Shown in pieces: positions 38,134-47,873 of a DNA stretch of 64,000 nt (the stretch's first letter is position 1; each line of letters opens with the position of its first letter). The position numbers and the translations under genes are program-made. The stretch covers positions 96,001 to 160,000 of the forward strand of contig CAVVLJ010000002.1 of NCBI GenBank assembly GCA_963749075.1, given 5' to 3'. Origin of the DNA: an uncultured Pseudomonadota bacterium. GTDB lineage: Bacteria > Pseudomonadota > Alphaproteobacteria > JACZXZ01. The notes under the pieces were generated by a model. It searched no databases. It was not told where the DNA came from and worked only from the letters and a program-made list of their open reading frames with translations.

Positions 38134-39048
38134 TCAGCCGCCGAGCTCGCGCGGCTTGGGCCGCGTGCCCGGCCGCTCGGGCGCGAGCTCGTGGGCGAGG
38201 AAATCGAGCAGCCGCTTGAGGCGCTCCCTCGCTTGGCTTGCCGCCGCCGCGGCGTCGCAGGCGCGCCAATCGTAGAAGCCGAGGCCGGCCTCGGCCCCGG
38301 TCTCGCCGCGCGCCGCCAAGTCCTGGACGAAGGCCGCGGGCTTGCCCGAATGCGCGAGCTTAGGCACCAGGGCGGTCTGTGCGGCCGCGTGGATCTTGAG
38401 GCCGCTCAGGTCCTTCTGCTCGATGACGCCGGTGATACACATGCGCGGGCCCAAGAGGCGCTTGGCGATGTCGTCGATCTCCTTGGCCGTGGCGGCGCCG
38501 ATCTCGATCAGGTGATAGGCCTCGTTCAGGAGCGCGTGCTGGATGCGGTTGATGAGATAGCCCTCGACCGGCTTACGCACGAGGATCGGCTCCTTGCCGG
38601 TGCGCCGCATGGCGTCCGCCGTGCGCGCGACCGCCTCGGCCGCCGTGCGCGTGCCCGCGATGACCTCGACCATGGGGAAGACGTCCGCCGGCTGGAAGTA
38701 ATGCGCACCGAGGAAGCGCTCGGGATGCGCCAGGCCGCGGGCGAGCTCGTCGAGCGGCAGGCCCGAGGTATTGGTCGCGATGATGGTGGCCGGCGGGTAG
38801 GCGGCCTCGAGCGCCTGGTAGACAGCCTCCTTGACGGCGATCTCCTCGGGCACGTTCTCGATGACGAGGTCGGGCACGGCCGAGGGCAGGGCAGCACTCG
38901 CGCGCACGCCGGGTGCCAGACCGGGGACGTCGGCTCCGCGCCGGCTCCACACCAGGGTCTCGAAGCCGCTCTCGGCAAAGGATTTGGCGACGCCGCGGCC
39001 CATGGTGCCGGCGCCCACCACGAGGACGCGCTCGATATCTGCTGTCAC
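38134..39048 (-). CDS. 3-hydroxyacyl-CoA dehydrogenase family
   Basis: VGAGTMG, ENVPE..K, TNTSG, HYFQP, GYLINRIQ; GTG start after GGAGG. Confidence 0.9.
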   Translation of the reverse strand: MTADIERVLVVGAGTMGRGVAKSFAESGFETLVWSRRGADVPGLAPGVRASAALPSAVPDLVIENVPEEIAVKEAVYQALEAAYPPATIIATNTSGLPLDELARGLAHPERFLGAHYFQPADVFPMVEVIAGTRTAAEAVARTADAMRRTGKEPILVRKPVEGYLINRIQHALLNEAYHLIEIGAATAKEIDDIAKRLLGPRMCITGVIEQKDLSGLKIHAAAQTALVPKLAHSGKPAAFVQDLAARGETGAEAGLGFYDWRACDAAAAASQARERLKRLLDFLAHELAPERPGTRPKPRELGG

Positions 39049-39091
39049 GGTACGCTCCTCCCTAGTGCTCGCCATCGGTAAACCGCGTGTC

Positions 39092-39130
39092 ACCCCCTCC
39101 CCATCCTCCCCCTTCAAGGGGGAGGGGGAA
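39092..39130. repeat. C-run/G-run palindromic repeat
   Basis: CCCCCTCCCCATCCTCCCCCTTCAAGGGGGAGGGGGA; related to 49542-49640. Confidence 0.6.
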
Positions 39131-39315
39131 GGTTGTCGACCCGGCCTCTGAAAATCGCGGCTCGCAGCATAGCAGCCGAGATGCCGGCGGGCGATTACTC
39201 CCTCTTGGACGGGGGCGGTCCCCGTGTTAAGCGTGCGCTCGCACGCGAGCTTGCGGTGGGAGGGGGGAGCAGCGATGAGCGAAGGGAGGAGGCCGTTGCG
39301 AGCGGGGTCCCGCCC

Positions 39316-40770
39316 ATGCCGCTGAAGCTCTCGGTCTTGGGCGCGCGCTTCTACATGCGCGACATCCGCACGCGGCTCCCCTTCCGCTTCGGCGCCGAGA
39401 CGGTGAGCGGCTTCCCGCTCCTCCACTTGGCGGTCGAGGTGGCGACGGAGGGCGGAGTTGCCACCGGCTATGCCGCCGACAGCCTGGTGCCCAAGTGGTT
39501 CGACAAGGACCCCGGCAAGAGCGCCGAGCGCAACATCGAGGACCTCCTGCTCTCGGCCGAGACCGCGGCCGAGGTGTACCGGGCCGTTGGCGAGGCGCCG
39601 TCGCTCTTCGCACTCTGGCGCCAGGCTTATCCCGAGTGCCAGAAGCGCTGCCACGCCGCCGGTCTCAACAAGCTCACCGGCACCTTCGGCTCGGCGCTCT
39701 TCGAGCGTGCGGCGATCGACGCCCTCGGCCGCCAGCAACGCCAGCCGCTCAGGGAGCTCATGCGCGCGGACGCCATCGGGCTCAGGCCCCAGGAGATTCA
39801 CGCCGAAACCAGCCTCGAGCATCTCAACGCCTGGCTCGCGGCACCCCCCGCCGACGCCGTCGCCTTGCGCCACACGGTCGGCCTCCTCGATCCGCTCGCC
39901 GACAGCGACCTCGGGAGCGGCCAGCCGGACGACGGGCTGCCGCGCACGCTCACGGCCTACGTGCGGCGCCAGGGCCTGCGTTACTTCAAGCTCAAGCTCG
40001 GCGGCGACATACTCGAGGATTTGCTGCGCCTCGAATCGATCGCCTCGGTGCTCGATGCGCTCATCCCCGTGCCCTACCACGTCTCGCTCGACGGCAACGA
40101 GCAATACAAGAGCGTGGCGGCCCTCGAGAAGCTCTGGGCCTTCATCGGCAAGAGCCCGAAGCTCGCGCGCCTGCGCTCGGCGCTCCTCTTCCTCGAGCAG
40201 CCCCTGCCGCGGCGCACCGCACTCGACGCGCGCGAGGCGGCGGGCATCGCCGAGTTCGGCCGCCAGCTTCCCGTCGTCATCGACGAGAGCGACGACGACC
40301 CCCAGTCGTTCCGCTCGGCACTCGCGCTCGGCTATGCCGGCGTCTCGACCAAGAACTGCAAGGGCGTCATCAAGTCCTTCCTCAACCGCACCCTCGTCGA
40401 GGCGCTCGGCGCCGAGGGACGGCGCGTCTTGATGAGCGCCGAGGACCTCTGCAACCTGCCGGTGGTGGCGCTCCAGCAGGACCTCGCCACCGTGCGGCTC
40501 CTCGGCATCGAGCACGTGGAGCGCAACGGCCACCACTATGTGCGCGGCCTCGAGCATTGCTCCGAGACGGAGCGCGAGCAGGCCCTCGAGCGCCACCGCG
40601 ATCTCTATGAGCAGGTCGAAGGCGGTACGGCGCTCGCCGTCCAGGGCGGCATGCTCTCGACGGCCTCGCTCGCCGTACCCGGCTACGGCGTCGGTTTGAC
40701 GCCCGACCTCGCCGCGATGACGCCGCTCGAGGCGTGGCGGAAGAAAGCGCCTCAGCAGACCGTGCGGTAG
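39316..40770 (+). CDS. enolase superfamily (mandelate racemase-like) protein
   Basis: RLPFRFG, YFKLKLGG, LDGNEQY, EQP, IDESD, KNCKG, EDL. Confidence 0.85.
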   Translation: MPLKLSVLGARFYMRDIRTRLPFRFGAETVSGFPLLHLAVEVATEGGVATGYAADSLVPKWFDKDPGKSAERNIEDLLLSAETAAEVYRAVGEAPSLFALWRQAYPECQKRCHAAGLNKLTGTFGSALFERAAIDALGRQQRQPLRELMRADAIGLRPQEIHAETSLEHLNAWLAAPPADAVALRHTVGLLDPLADSDLGSGQPDDGLPRTLTAYVRRQGLRYFKLKLGGDILEDLLRLESIASVLDALIPVPYHVSLDGNEQYKSVAALEKLWAFIGKSPKLARLRSALLFLEQPLPRRTALDAREAAGIAEFGRQLPVVIDESDDDPQSFRSALALGYAGVSTKNCKGVIKSFLNRTLVEALGAEGRRVLMSAEDLCNLPVVALQQDLATVRLLGIEHVERNGHHYVRGLEHCSETEREQALERHRDLYEQVEGGTALAVQGGMLSTASLAVPGYGVGLTPDLAAMTPLEAWRKKAPQQTVR

Positions 40771-41588
40771 CGCTCGATCGAGGTGCGCAAGACCTCCTCG
40801 GGCGGGCGCTTCCACCAGTTCTCCTTGGAGAAGATCTCGACTTCGCAGAAGCCGCCGTAGCCCGCCGCCTCGACGAGGCCGCGAATGCGCCGGATATCGA
40901 TCACGCCGTCGCCCATCATGCCGCGGTCGAAGAGGAGGTCGCGCGTCGGCACCAGCCAGTCCGAGATGTGGAAGGCGAGGATGCGGCCGGCACGCCCGGC
41001 GCGCGCGATGCCTTGGGCGAGCTCCGGGTCCCACCACAGGTGATAGACGTCGACGGCGATACCGATGCCCTCGCCGAGGGCGTCGCAGAGCTCGTTCGCC
41101 TGTGCCAGGGTATTGATGCAGGCGCGGTCGGCCGCGTACATGGGGTGCAGCGGCTCGAGGGCGAGCGGCACCCCGGCTGAGCGCGCGTAGGGCAAGAGCT
41201 CGGCGACGCCGTCGCGCACGATGTCGCGCGCATCCGCAATGTCGCGCGAGCCGGGGGCGAGCCCGCCGGCCACGAGGATGAGGCAATGGGCGCCGATCGC
41301 CGCGGCCTCGTCGACCGCGCGGCGGTTGTCGTCAAGCGCCTGTGCTAAGCCTTTGCGCTCGAAGCTCGTGAACATGCCGCCGCGGCAGAGGCCGCTGACG
41401 GCGAGGCCGTGCTTGCGCAGGAGCCGCGCCGCCTCCGCAACGCCCGTCTCCGCCAGGCGGTCGCGCCAGACGGCGAGTGCGGGGATGCCGGCGCGCGCGA
41501 TGCCCTCGATCGCCTGGCGCAGGTCCCAGCTCTTGACGGTCGCGGTATTGATCGCGAGGAAGCGGTTGTCCTTGGAGAGATCGCGCAT
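40752..41588 (-). CDS. sugar phosphate isomerase/epimerase (xylose isomerase-like TIM barrel)
   Basis: LCRGG, LEPLHP, DVYHLWWD, HISDW, EVEIFS. Confidence 0.9.
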   Translation of the reverse strand: MRDLSKDNRFLAINTATVKSWDLRQAIEGIARAGIPALAVWRDRLAETGVAEAARLLRKHGLAVSGLCRGGMFTSFERKGLAQALDDNRRAVDEAAAIGAHCLILVAGGLAPGSRDIADARDIVRDGVAELLPYARSAGVPLALEPLHPMYAADRACINTLAQANELCDALGEGIGIAVDVYHLWWDPELAQGIARAGRAGRILAFHISDWLVPTRDLLFDRGMMGDGVIDIRRIRGLVEAAGYGGFCEVEIFSKENWWKRPPEEVLRTSIERYRTVC

Positions 41589-42751
41589 CACGCCTCGACG
41601 CCGTGGCAGGCCAGCACGGCCGCCATGCGGCGAGCGGCGAGCTCGGGATCGGCAAGGAGCCCCGCCTTGTCGGCGAGGCGGAAGAGCTCGGCGAGATGGA
41701 GGAGCGAGCGCGCGCTCTCCTGGCCGCCCACCATGACGAAGTGGCGCTGGTGGCCGTTGAGATAGGCCATGAAGACGACGCCCGTCTTGTAGAAGCGCGT
41801 CGGCACCTTGAAGATGTGGCGCGAGAGCGCCACGGTCGGCGCCAGGATGTCGTGGAACTCGTTGCCGCCGCCGCGCGCAAGCGCTGCGAGCGCCGCAGAC
41901 GCCGCGGGCGCGATGGCATCGAAGATGCCGAGGAGCGCGTCGGACGCGTGCTCGCCGTCGCCGGCGATGAGCTCGGGATAGTTGAAGTCGTCGCCCGTAT
42001 ACATGCGCACGCCCGCGGGCAGCCGCTTGCGCATCGCGATCTCGCGCTCCTTGTCGAGGAGCGAGATCTTGATACCATCCACCTTGGCGGCGTTCTCGCC
42101 CATCACCGCGAGCGCCGTCTCGCTCGCCTGGCCGAGGTCGCTCGAGCCCCAATAGCCGGCGAGCGCCGGATCGAACATGTCCCCGAGCCAGTGGATGATC
42201 GCCTTCTCCCTGAGCTGGGAGAGGATGCGGCCGTAGACCTCGGCATAGTCGTCGGGTCCGCGCGCGGACGCCGCGAGCCCGCGGCTCGCCATCAGGATGA
42301 CGCGGCCGCCCGCCTTCTCGACGGCGGCGATCTGCTCCTCATAGGCGCCGATCACCGCTTCGAGCGGGTGGCTGCCGGGTGCCAGATGGTCGGTGCCGGC
42401 GCCGCAGAAGAGGAGCGCTCCGGGGATTTCGCGCGCCGCCTCGACCGAGCGCTGGATGAGCTCGAGCGAGGTCGGCCAATCGAGCCCCATGCCGCGCTGC
42501 GCCGTGTCCATGGCCTCGGCGACGCCGAGGCCGAGGGCGAAGAGATGGCGGCGATAGGCAAGCGTCGCGTCCCAGTCGAGCGCCGCCTCGAGCCACGGAT
42601 CGCGGTCGGCCAGCGGATCGGCGACCACGTGGGCCGCGGCAAAGGCGATGCGGTTGAAAGGGCCCTCGGCACGGCGCGGCAGCTCCCGCGGCGCTTGCGT
42701 GCGATAAGCGGCGAGGCCGCCCCCGGCGGTCGGCAGATTGATGGTCGGCAC
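41588..42751 (-). CDS. DUF993 / dihydrodipicolinate synthase-like aldolase
   Basis: AEAMDTAQRGMG, GIKISLLD, YTGDDFNY. Confidence 0.85.
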   Translation of the reverse strand: MPTINLPTAGGGLAAYRTQAPRELPRRAEGPFNRIAFAAAHVVADPLADRDPWLEAALDWDATLAYRRHLFALGLGVAEAMDTAQRGMGLDWPTSLELIQRSVEAAREIPGALLFCGAGTDHLAPGSHPLEAVIGAYEEQIAAVEKAGGRVILMASRGLAASARGPDDYAEVYGRILSQLREKAIIHWLGDMFDPALAGYWGSSDLGQASETALAVMGENAAKVDGIKISLLDKEREIAMRKRLPAGVRMYTGDDFNYPELIAGDGEHASDALLGIFDAIAPAASAALAALARGGGNEFHDILAPTVALSRHIFKVPTRFYKTGVVFMAYLNGHQRHFVMVGGQESARSLLHLAELFRLADKAGLLADPELAARRMAAVLACHGVEA

Positions 42752-42754
42752 GGC

Positions 42755-43906
42755 TCAGCCCTCCAGCTCGGGTACGTCCACGAAGCGGCGCTCGGCCCAG
42801 CTCTTGAGCGCGAGCTCGGCGAGCTGCACGCCTCTCGCGCCGGCGAGGAGGTCCCAGCGGAAGGGTGCCCCCTCCATCACGTGCTTGATGTAGAGCTCCC
42901 ACTGGGCCTTGAAGCCGTTGGGATAGGGCTCGGCGTCCGGCACCTCCTGCCACTCTGCGAAGAAATCGCCGCCGCGCCGCTCGTCCGGGTTCCATACCGG
43001 CTTGGGCGTGGCGGCTGCCGGCTGGATGAAGCATCGCGTAAGGCCCGCGAGCGCCGAGCCTTGCGTGCCGTCGACCTGGAAAGTGACGAGATCGTCGCGC
43101 CGCACGCGCGTGCACCAGGAGCTGTTGATCTGCGCGATGGCGCCTCCCGCGAGCTCGAAGGTGGCGAAGGCCGCGTCGTCGGCGTCGGCCTTGTAGGGTT
43201 TGCCGCGCTCGTCCCAGCGCCTGGCGATGAAATTGGCACCGAGGCAGCTCACTGCGCGCACGCCGCCGAAGAGGCCGTCGAGGATGTAGCGCCAGTGGCA
43301 CAGCATGTCGAGGATGATGCCGCCGCCCTGGCTCTTGCGGTAGTTCCACGAGGGGCGCTGGGCCGGCAGCCCGTCGCCCGCGAAGACCCAATAGCCGAAA
43401 TCGCCCTTGAGCGAGAGGATGCGGCCGAAAAAGCCCGCCTCGATGAGGCGGCGCATCTTCACGAGGCCGGGGAGGAAGAGCTTGTCCTGCACCACGCCGT
43501 GCTTGATGCCGGCCTTCTTGGCCGTGCGGTAGAGCGCCAGCGCGTTGGCCAGCGAGACGGCCGTCGGCTTCTCGCAATAGACGTGCTTGCCCGCCGCGAT
43601 CGCGCGCTCGACGTTGGCCTTGCGCAGGTCGGTCGAAAGCGCGTCGAAATAGACCGTGTCCTCGGGATCGGCGAGAGCCTTCTCGAGGCTGGTGGTAGTG
43701 CGCTCGACCCCGTGCGCCGCGGCGAGGCTCTCGAGCTTCTCCTTGTTGCGGCCGACGAGGATGGGATCGGGCATGGCGCGGCTGCCGTCCTTGAGGAGGA
43801 CGCCGCCCTCCCTGCGGATGGCGAGGATCGAGCGCACGAGATGCTGCGTCGTCCCCATCCGGCCGGTGACGCCGTTCATGACGATGCCCAGGCGCCGCTC
43901 GCTCAT
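42755..43906 (-). CDS. Gfo/Idh/MocA oxidoreductase
   Basis: NGVTGRMG, GKHVYCEKP, GGGIILDM..H. Confidence 0.9.
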   Translation of the reverse strand: MSERRLGIVMNGVTGRMGTTQHLVRSILAIRREGGVLLKDGSRAMPDPILVGRNKEKLESLAAAHGVERTTTSLEKALADPEDTVYFDALSTDLRKANVERAIAAGKHVYCEKPTAVSLANALALYRTAKKAGIKHGVVQDKLFLPGLVKMRRLIEAGFFGRILSLKGDFGYWVFAGDGLPAQRPSWNYRKSQGGGIILDMLCHWRYILDGLFGGVRAVSCLGANFIARRWDERGKPYKADADDAAFATFELAGGAIAQINSSWCTRVRRDDLVTFQVDGTQGSALAGLTRCFIQPAAATPKPVWNPDERRGGDFFAEWQEVPDAEPYPNGFKAQWELYIKHVMEGAPFRWDLLAGARGVQLAELALKSWAERRFVDVPELEG

Positions 43907-44101
43907 TGGCGTCTCCCCTTGCGTTTCTTCGTTGCTCTCCGCCGTCGCTATCTTAGCCGCCGGATGCCCGCAAGACGACAGCTGAAAGGACTAGGACGGC
44001 GCCCTTCAGAAATTCTCCGGCCGGCGCTTCAAGGTGCGCATCGTCTCGGGCCGCGGGTCGATGAACTCGACACCAAACGAGCCCGAGCCTACCATGCCAC
44101 T

Positions 44102-44326
44102 ATGACCGACGAGACCGCCAACCTGATCCTCGAGCACCTGCGCGTGATACCCGCCAAGGTCGACGAGGTACGCGCGATCGCCGATCGGCACACGGAAGAC
44201 CTGCTCGAACTCAAGACGCGCACAGGGCACCTCGAGGGCCTTTACGCCAGCATCTCCCGCCGTGTCGACCGCATGGACGGGCGGCTCGACCGGATCGAGA
44301 AGCGCCTGGGCCTGATCGAGGTTTGA
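44102..44326 (+). CDS. 74-aa coiled-coil hypothetical protein
   Basis: MTDETANLILEHLR..RVDRMDGRLDRIEKRLGL with a heptad pattern. Confidence 0.7.
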   Translation: MTDETANLILEHLRVIPAKVDEVRAIADRHTEDLLELKTRTGHLEGLYASISRRVDRMDGRLDRIEKRLGLIEV

Positions 44327-44372
44327 GGAGGTTGGCCTGGTCATCCTGCACGGCCTGCGCCCGCGCCGAGGC

Positions 44373-44798
44373 TCAGCCGCTCCGGGCTGGCGGCTCCTCG
44401 TCGAGGAGCCTGTAGCCGCGCGCCTTGAGACAGCGGCGGATGTCGCCTTCGTGGGGGTCCCTGCCGGTTTGCGCGGTCGCGGCGGAGCCGTGGAGCGAGC
44501 CAGCGCCGCCGCCGCCCACGATGCCAGCCGTCGTGCCCAGCACGGCGCCGCCGGCGGCACTCCCGGTCGCGGCCCCGATGCCCGCGCCGAGCGCCGCACC
44601 GGCGAGCGCGCCGATGACAGCACCCTTGAGCACGTCGAGCTCCCTGGCGTTCTCGCGGCAGAGGAGGAGGTCGTAATCGTAGGCCGCCTTGGCGTGGCCG
44701 GCCATGTCCACGACGGGCTGGTATTCCGGATAATCGGCGCAGGAGGCGAGCGCCGCAAGCGCCAGGAGCGCCGTGAGGATGCGAAATGCCGCTGCCAT
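44373..44798 (-). CDS. glycine-zipper lipoprotein
   Basis: Lipobox LASC, GxxxG zipper, Cys pair (DLLLC..RRCL..RGY). Confidence 0.82.
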   Translation of the reverse strand: MAAAFRILTALLALAALASCADYPEYQPVVDMAGHAKAAYDYDLLLCRENARELDVLKGAVIGALAGAALGAGIGAATGSAAGGAVLGTTAGIVGGGGAGSLHGSAATAQTGRDPHEGDIRRCLKARGYRLLDEEPPARSG

Positions 44799-44944
44799 GG
44801 GAGCTTTCCTCATGCGCACCTGAGCCGCCCGGACGGCTACCTCGGGCTCGCGGCGGGCCCGGCGGATTGGGCGAACGTGGAGAACTATCTGGGCCTGTTA
44901 CTCTCGCCCGGCTGACGTAGGCCGCCTGGATATCAGCCGCCGCT

Positions 44945-45979
44945 CTATTCGTCGTCCGTGTAAAGGTCGCGGAGGAGCGGGATGGCACGCCGCGCCGTCG
45001 CCGCATATTCGGGGTCCAATTCCGTACCGACGGCCTTGTAGCCGAGGCGGGCCGCCGCTCCCAAGGTCGATCCCGCTCCGGCAAAGGGATCGCACACGAT
45101 GCCTATCCCGAGCGGCAGCACGGCACGCACGATCTGACGCATGAAGCGCTGCGGCTTCAGCGAGGGGTGGGGTGCAATCTCGCGCTCGACGGCCCTTGTC
45201 GGCGCCGATGCGATGACGTCGCGGAACGGCTCGCCCTGCTGCGTCCGGCGCAGGCCGCCGGCGCCCCAGCGGCGGAGATTTGCCGCGACCGTCTTTTCGC
45301 CGAGCGGCTTCCTGAACAAGCCCCACGGCTCCCAGCAGGCGCGCGGCATGACCGAAACGTCGGGATATTCCCGCTCGGCGCCCTTTGGCCGGTCGCCGCC
45401 GCGGAGGGTCTGGACCAGCCGGATGATTTCTCCGCGTTTCTCGAATCCCGCTCTCTCGAAGCAGGCGAACGTGCGCGTCGAGAGGAGGGCCGTCGAGGCG
45501 ATCATCAAATGGCCGCCGGGGACCAGCGCCCGCAGGGCGAGCGCCGCGGCGCGCGCAAAGAAGCGATCCAGCCGCCCCCGATCCTCCTCCGTCAAGACCG
45601 TGAAGCGCGGCAGGGGAGAGCGCTCGACCCCGTCGAACGATGGCGGGATACGCCATACCCCGCCGCGGCCCGCGCGCAATTTCGCGTGGTCCTTGTGCTC
45701 GTACTCGATGAGGCCATAGGGTGGGTCGGTCACGATCCCATGCAGGCTGTCTTGGGGTGCCTGCGCCAGCCAGACGAGCGCGTCCGCGGCGACAACGGCG
45801 ATGCCGCGACAGGGCTCGACCGTGGCGTCCGGGCGGATTTGCCGGAGCGCCTGCCACGTCTCGGCCTCCGCATGGCGGAGCGCATCGCCGATCCGGCCGC
45901 GTAGCGGCTGCCGCCCGATGCCGTCCGCCGCGAGGGGCTCGGCCACGGCTCCTCCCGACGTCGCGTCAAGCGGTGACAT
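44945..45979 (-). CDS. orphan N4C/N6A DNA methyltransferase (beta class)
   Basis: VTDPPY precedes HPSLKP and DPFAGAGST. Confidence 0.9.
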   Translation of the reverse strand: MSPLDATSGGAVAEPLAADGIGRQPLRGRIGDALRHAEAETWQALRQIRPDATVEPCRGIAVVAADALVWLAQAPQDSLHGIVTDPPYGLIEYEHKDHAKLRAGRGGVWRIPPSFDGVERSPLPRFTVLTEEDRGRLDRFFARAAALALRALVPGGHLMIASTALLSTRTFACFERAGFEKRGEIIRLVQTLRGGDRPKGAEREYPDVSVMPRACWEPWGLFRKPLGEKTVAANLRRWGAGGLRRTQQGEPFRDVIASAPTRAVEREIAPHPSLKPQRFMRQIVRAVLPLGIGIVCDPFAGAGSTLGAAARLGYKAVGTELDPEYAATARRAIPLLRDLYTDDE

Positions 45980-46106
45980 AGCGATTCTCCTGGCTAGAGC
46001 CATCGGGTAAGAGCCGGCTCCAAGCAACATTTTGATATTGCCTCAGCATCTTCTGTCAACCTTCGCGATCGAGCGCTCGCCGCAATGTCTTCGACATGGC
46101 ATGGCC

Positions 46107-46258
46107 GAGCCGTCCCTCACCCTCCCATCGCTTCGCGATGGGTCCCTCCCTCTCCCGTAAACGGGAGAGGGTAAGTTAACGCCGCTCGTCCCCTCTCCCG
46201 TTTACGGGAGAGGGAGGGGCCCGCGGCCGTTAGGCCGTGGGAGGGTGAGGGATCGCTC
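46107..46258. repeat. palindromic repeat element, copy B
   Basis: GAGCCGTCCCTCACCC ... GGGTGAGGGATCGCTC; CCCTCTCCCGTAAACGGGAGAGGG and its inverse. Confidence 0.85.
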
Positions 46259-47711
46259 AGCCATAACCCGGCGGCGGCGTGAAGGCGCGGTACTCTTGCT
46301 CGAGGAGTCTCGCGAAGGCGATGGTGGTGCGGTCGCCATATTGCGGGCCCACGATCTGCACGCCGATCGGCGGGCCCTTGGGGCTGAGGCCGATGGGGGC
46401 GACGGTCGCCGGCAGGTAGGCGACGCAGGAATAGCCGGCCCAGAAGAGCTGGTCGGTCGTCGGCACTTCCTTGCCGTTGACGGGAATCGTGCGCTGCCAG
46501 CGCTCGCCCGCGTGGTCGTGGGGGAAGGCGGCCGAGGCGGCGGCGGGCGAGAGGAGGAGGTCGTATTCCTCGAAGAAGGCGTGCCACTTCCAGCGCATGC
46601 GGTGGCGCTCCTCATTCAAGGCGAGCCAATCGCGATGGGACATCGTATTGGCGCGCGTCATGCGCGCGAAGTAGCTCTCGTCCGCGGGATCGAGGGTCTT
46701 GGCGAGCTCGAGCGCGCGGGCGAACTCGGCGGGCGACTGGCGCCCGGCGGTCGCGGCGCGCAGCAGCATGATGTAGACGCGGTTGGCGTGGCTGCTGTCG
46801 ATGTCGGGCCTTGCCCTGTCGTCGATCCTGACCTTCTTGCGTGCGAGGAAGTCGGCGAGCTTCTGCAGCTCGTCCTGCACCTCGCGGTCCACTTCCGCGT
46901 TGGGGTCGTCGAGCATGAGCGCCAGCTTGTAGTGGCGGAGCTCGCGCTGCCTGGGTGCTGGCAGGCGGAGCCTATAGCCGGCGCCGTCGATCTCGTCGGG
47001 GCCGGCCATGGCGGCGAGGGCGAGTGCCAAGTCGTCGGCGCTGCGCGCGAGCGGGCCGATCACCGAGATGTCGCTTGCCGAGACGCGGCCGGGCGTCGCC
47101 TGGCCGCGCGGCGGACAGATGCCGTAGCTCGGCTTGTGGCCGAAGACGCCGCAATAATGCGCCGGGTTGCGGATCGAGGAGCCGATGTCGCTGCCCGCCT
47201 CGAGGCCCGTGAGGCCGGCGGCAAGGGCCGCGGCCGAGCCGCCCGAGGAGCCGCCGGGCACTTTCGCCAAGTCCCAGGGATTGTTCGAGGTGCCGTAGAT
47301 GTCGTTGTAGCTCTGCCAGTCGGCGAGCCACTTGGGCACATTGGTCTTGCCGAAGAGGACGACGCCGGCCCCGAGCAGGCGATCGACCGCGAGCGCGTTG
47401 CGCTTGGGCCGGTTGTCCTTGAGCTCGGGCAAGCCCCAGGTCGTGGGCATGCCGGCCACGTCGAAGGACTCCTTGATCGTCATGGGCACGCCGTGGAGCG
47501 GGCCCCAGCTCTCGCCCTTGGCAAGCGCACGGTCCGCCGCCCGCGCGCGCCTGCGCGCGGCCGGCAGGTCCATGGCGATGATGGCGTTGAGCCGCGGATT
47601 GTAGCGCTCGACGCGCGCGAGATAGTGCTCGAGGAGCTCGAGGCAGCCGATCTTGCGCCGGCGGATGAGCGAGGCCAGCCGCTTGGCCGAGGCAAACGCG
47701 ATATCCGCCAT
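46257..47711 (-). CDS. amidase signature family protein
   Basis: GPLHGVPMTIKE, PGGSSGGS, GSDIGSSIRNPA. Confidence 0.93.
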   Translation of the reverse strand: MADIAFASAKRLASLIRRRKIGCLELLEHYLARVERYNPRLNAIIAMDLPAARRRARAADRALAKGESWGPLHGVPMTIKESFDVAGMPTTWGLPELKDNRPKRNALAVDRLLGAGVVLFGKTNVPKWLADWQSYNDIYGTSNNPWDLAKVPGGSSGGSAAALAAGLTGLEAGSDIGSSIRNPAHYCGVFGHKPSYGICPPRGQATPGRVSASDISVIGPLARSADDLALALAAMAGPDEIDGAGYRLRLPAPRQRELRHYKLALMLDDPNAEVDREVQDELQKLADFLARKKVRIDDRARPDIDSSHANRVYIMLLRAATAGRQSPAEFARALELAKTLDPADESYFARMTRANTMSHRDWLALNEERHRMRWKWHAFFEEYDLLLSPAAASAAFPHDHAGERWQRTIPVNGKEVPTTDQLFWAGYSCVAYLPATVAPIGLSPKGPPIGVQIVGPQYGDRTTIAFARLLEQEYRAFTPPPGYG

Positions 47712-47767
47712 GATGTCCCCCTTTGGCCCGTTGCGGCCGAGTCGTAGCGCGTCCCTAGAAGAAAGGG

Positions 47768-47849
47768 AAACCACAAAGTCACGAAGGCACGAAGGATATC
47801 CCGCGCGAAGTGCAGTTGCCCTCTTCGTGCCTTTGTGTCTTTGTGGTTT
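47768..47849. repeat. 27-bp inverted repeat with internal 9-nt periodicity
   Basis: AAACCACAAAGTCACGAAGGCACGAAG vs CTTCGTGCCTTTGTGTCTTTGTGGTTT, 25/27. Confidence 0.85.
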
Positions 47850-47873
47850 TCTACTTTCCTTGGAGCTTGCACG

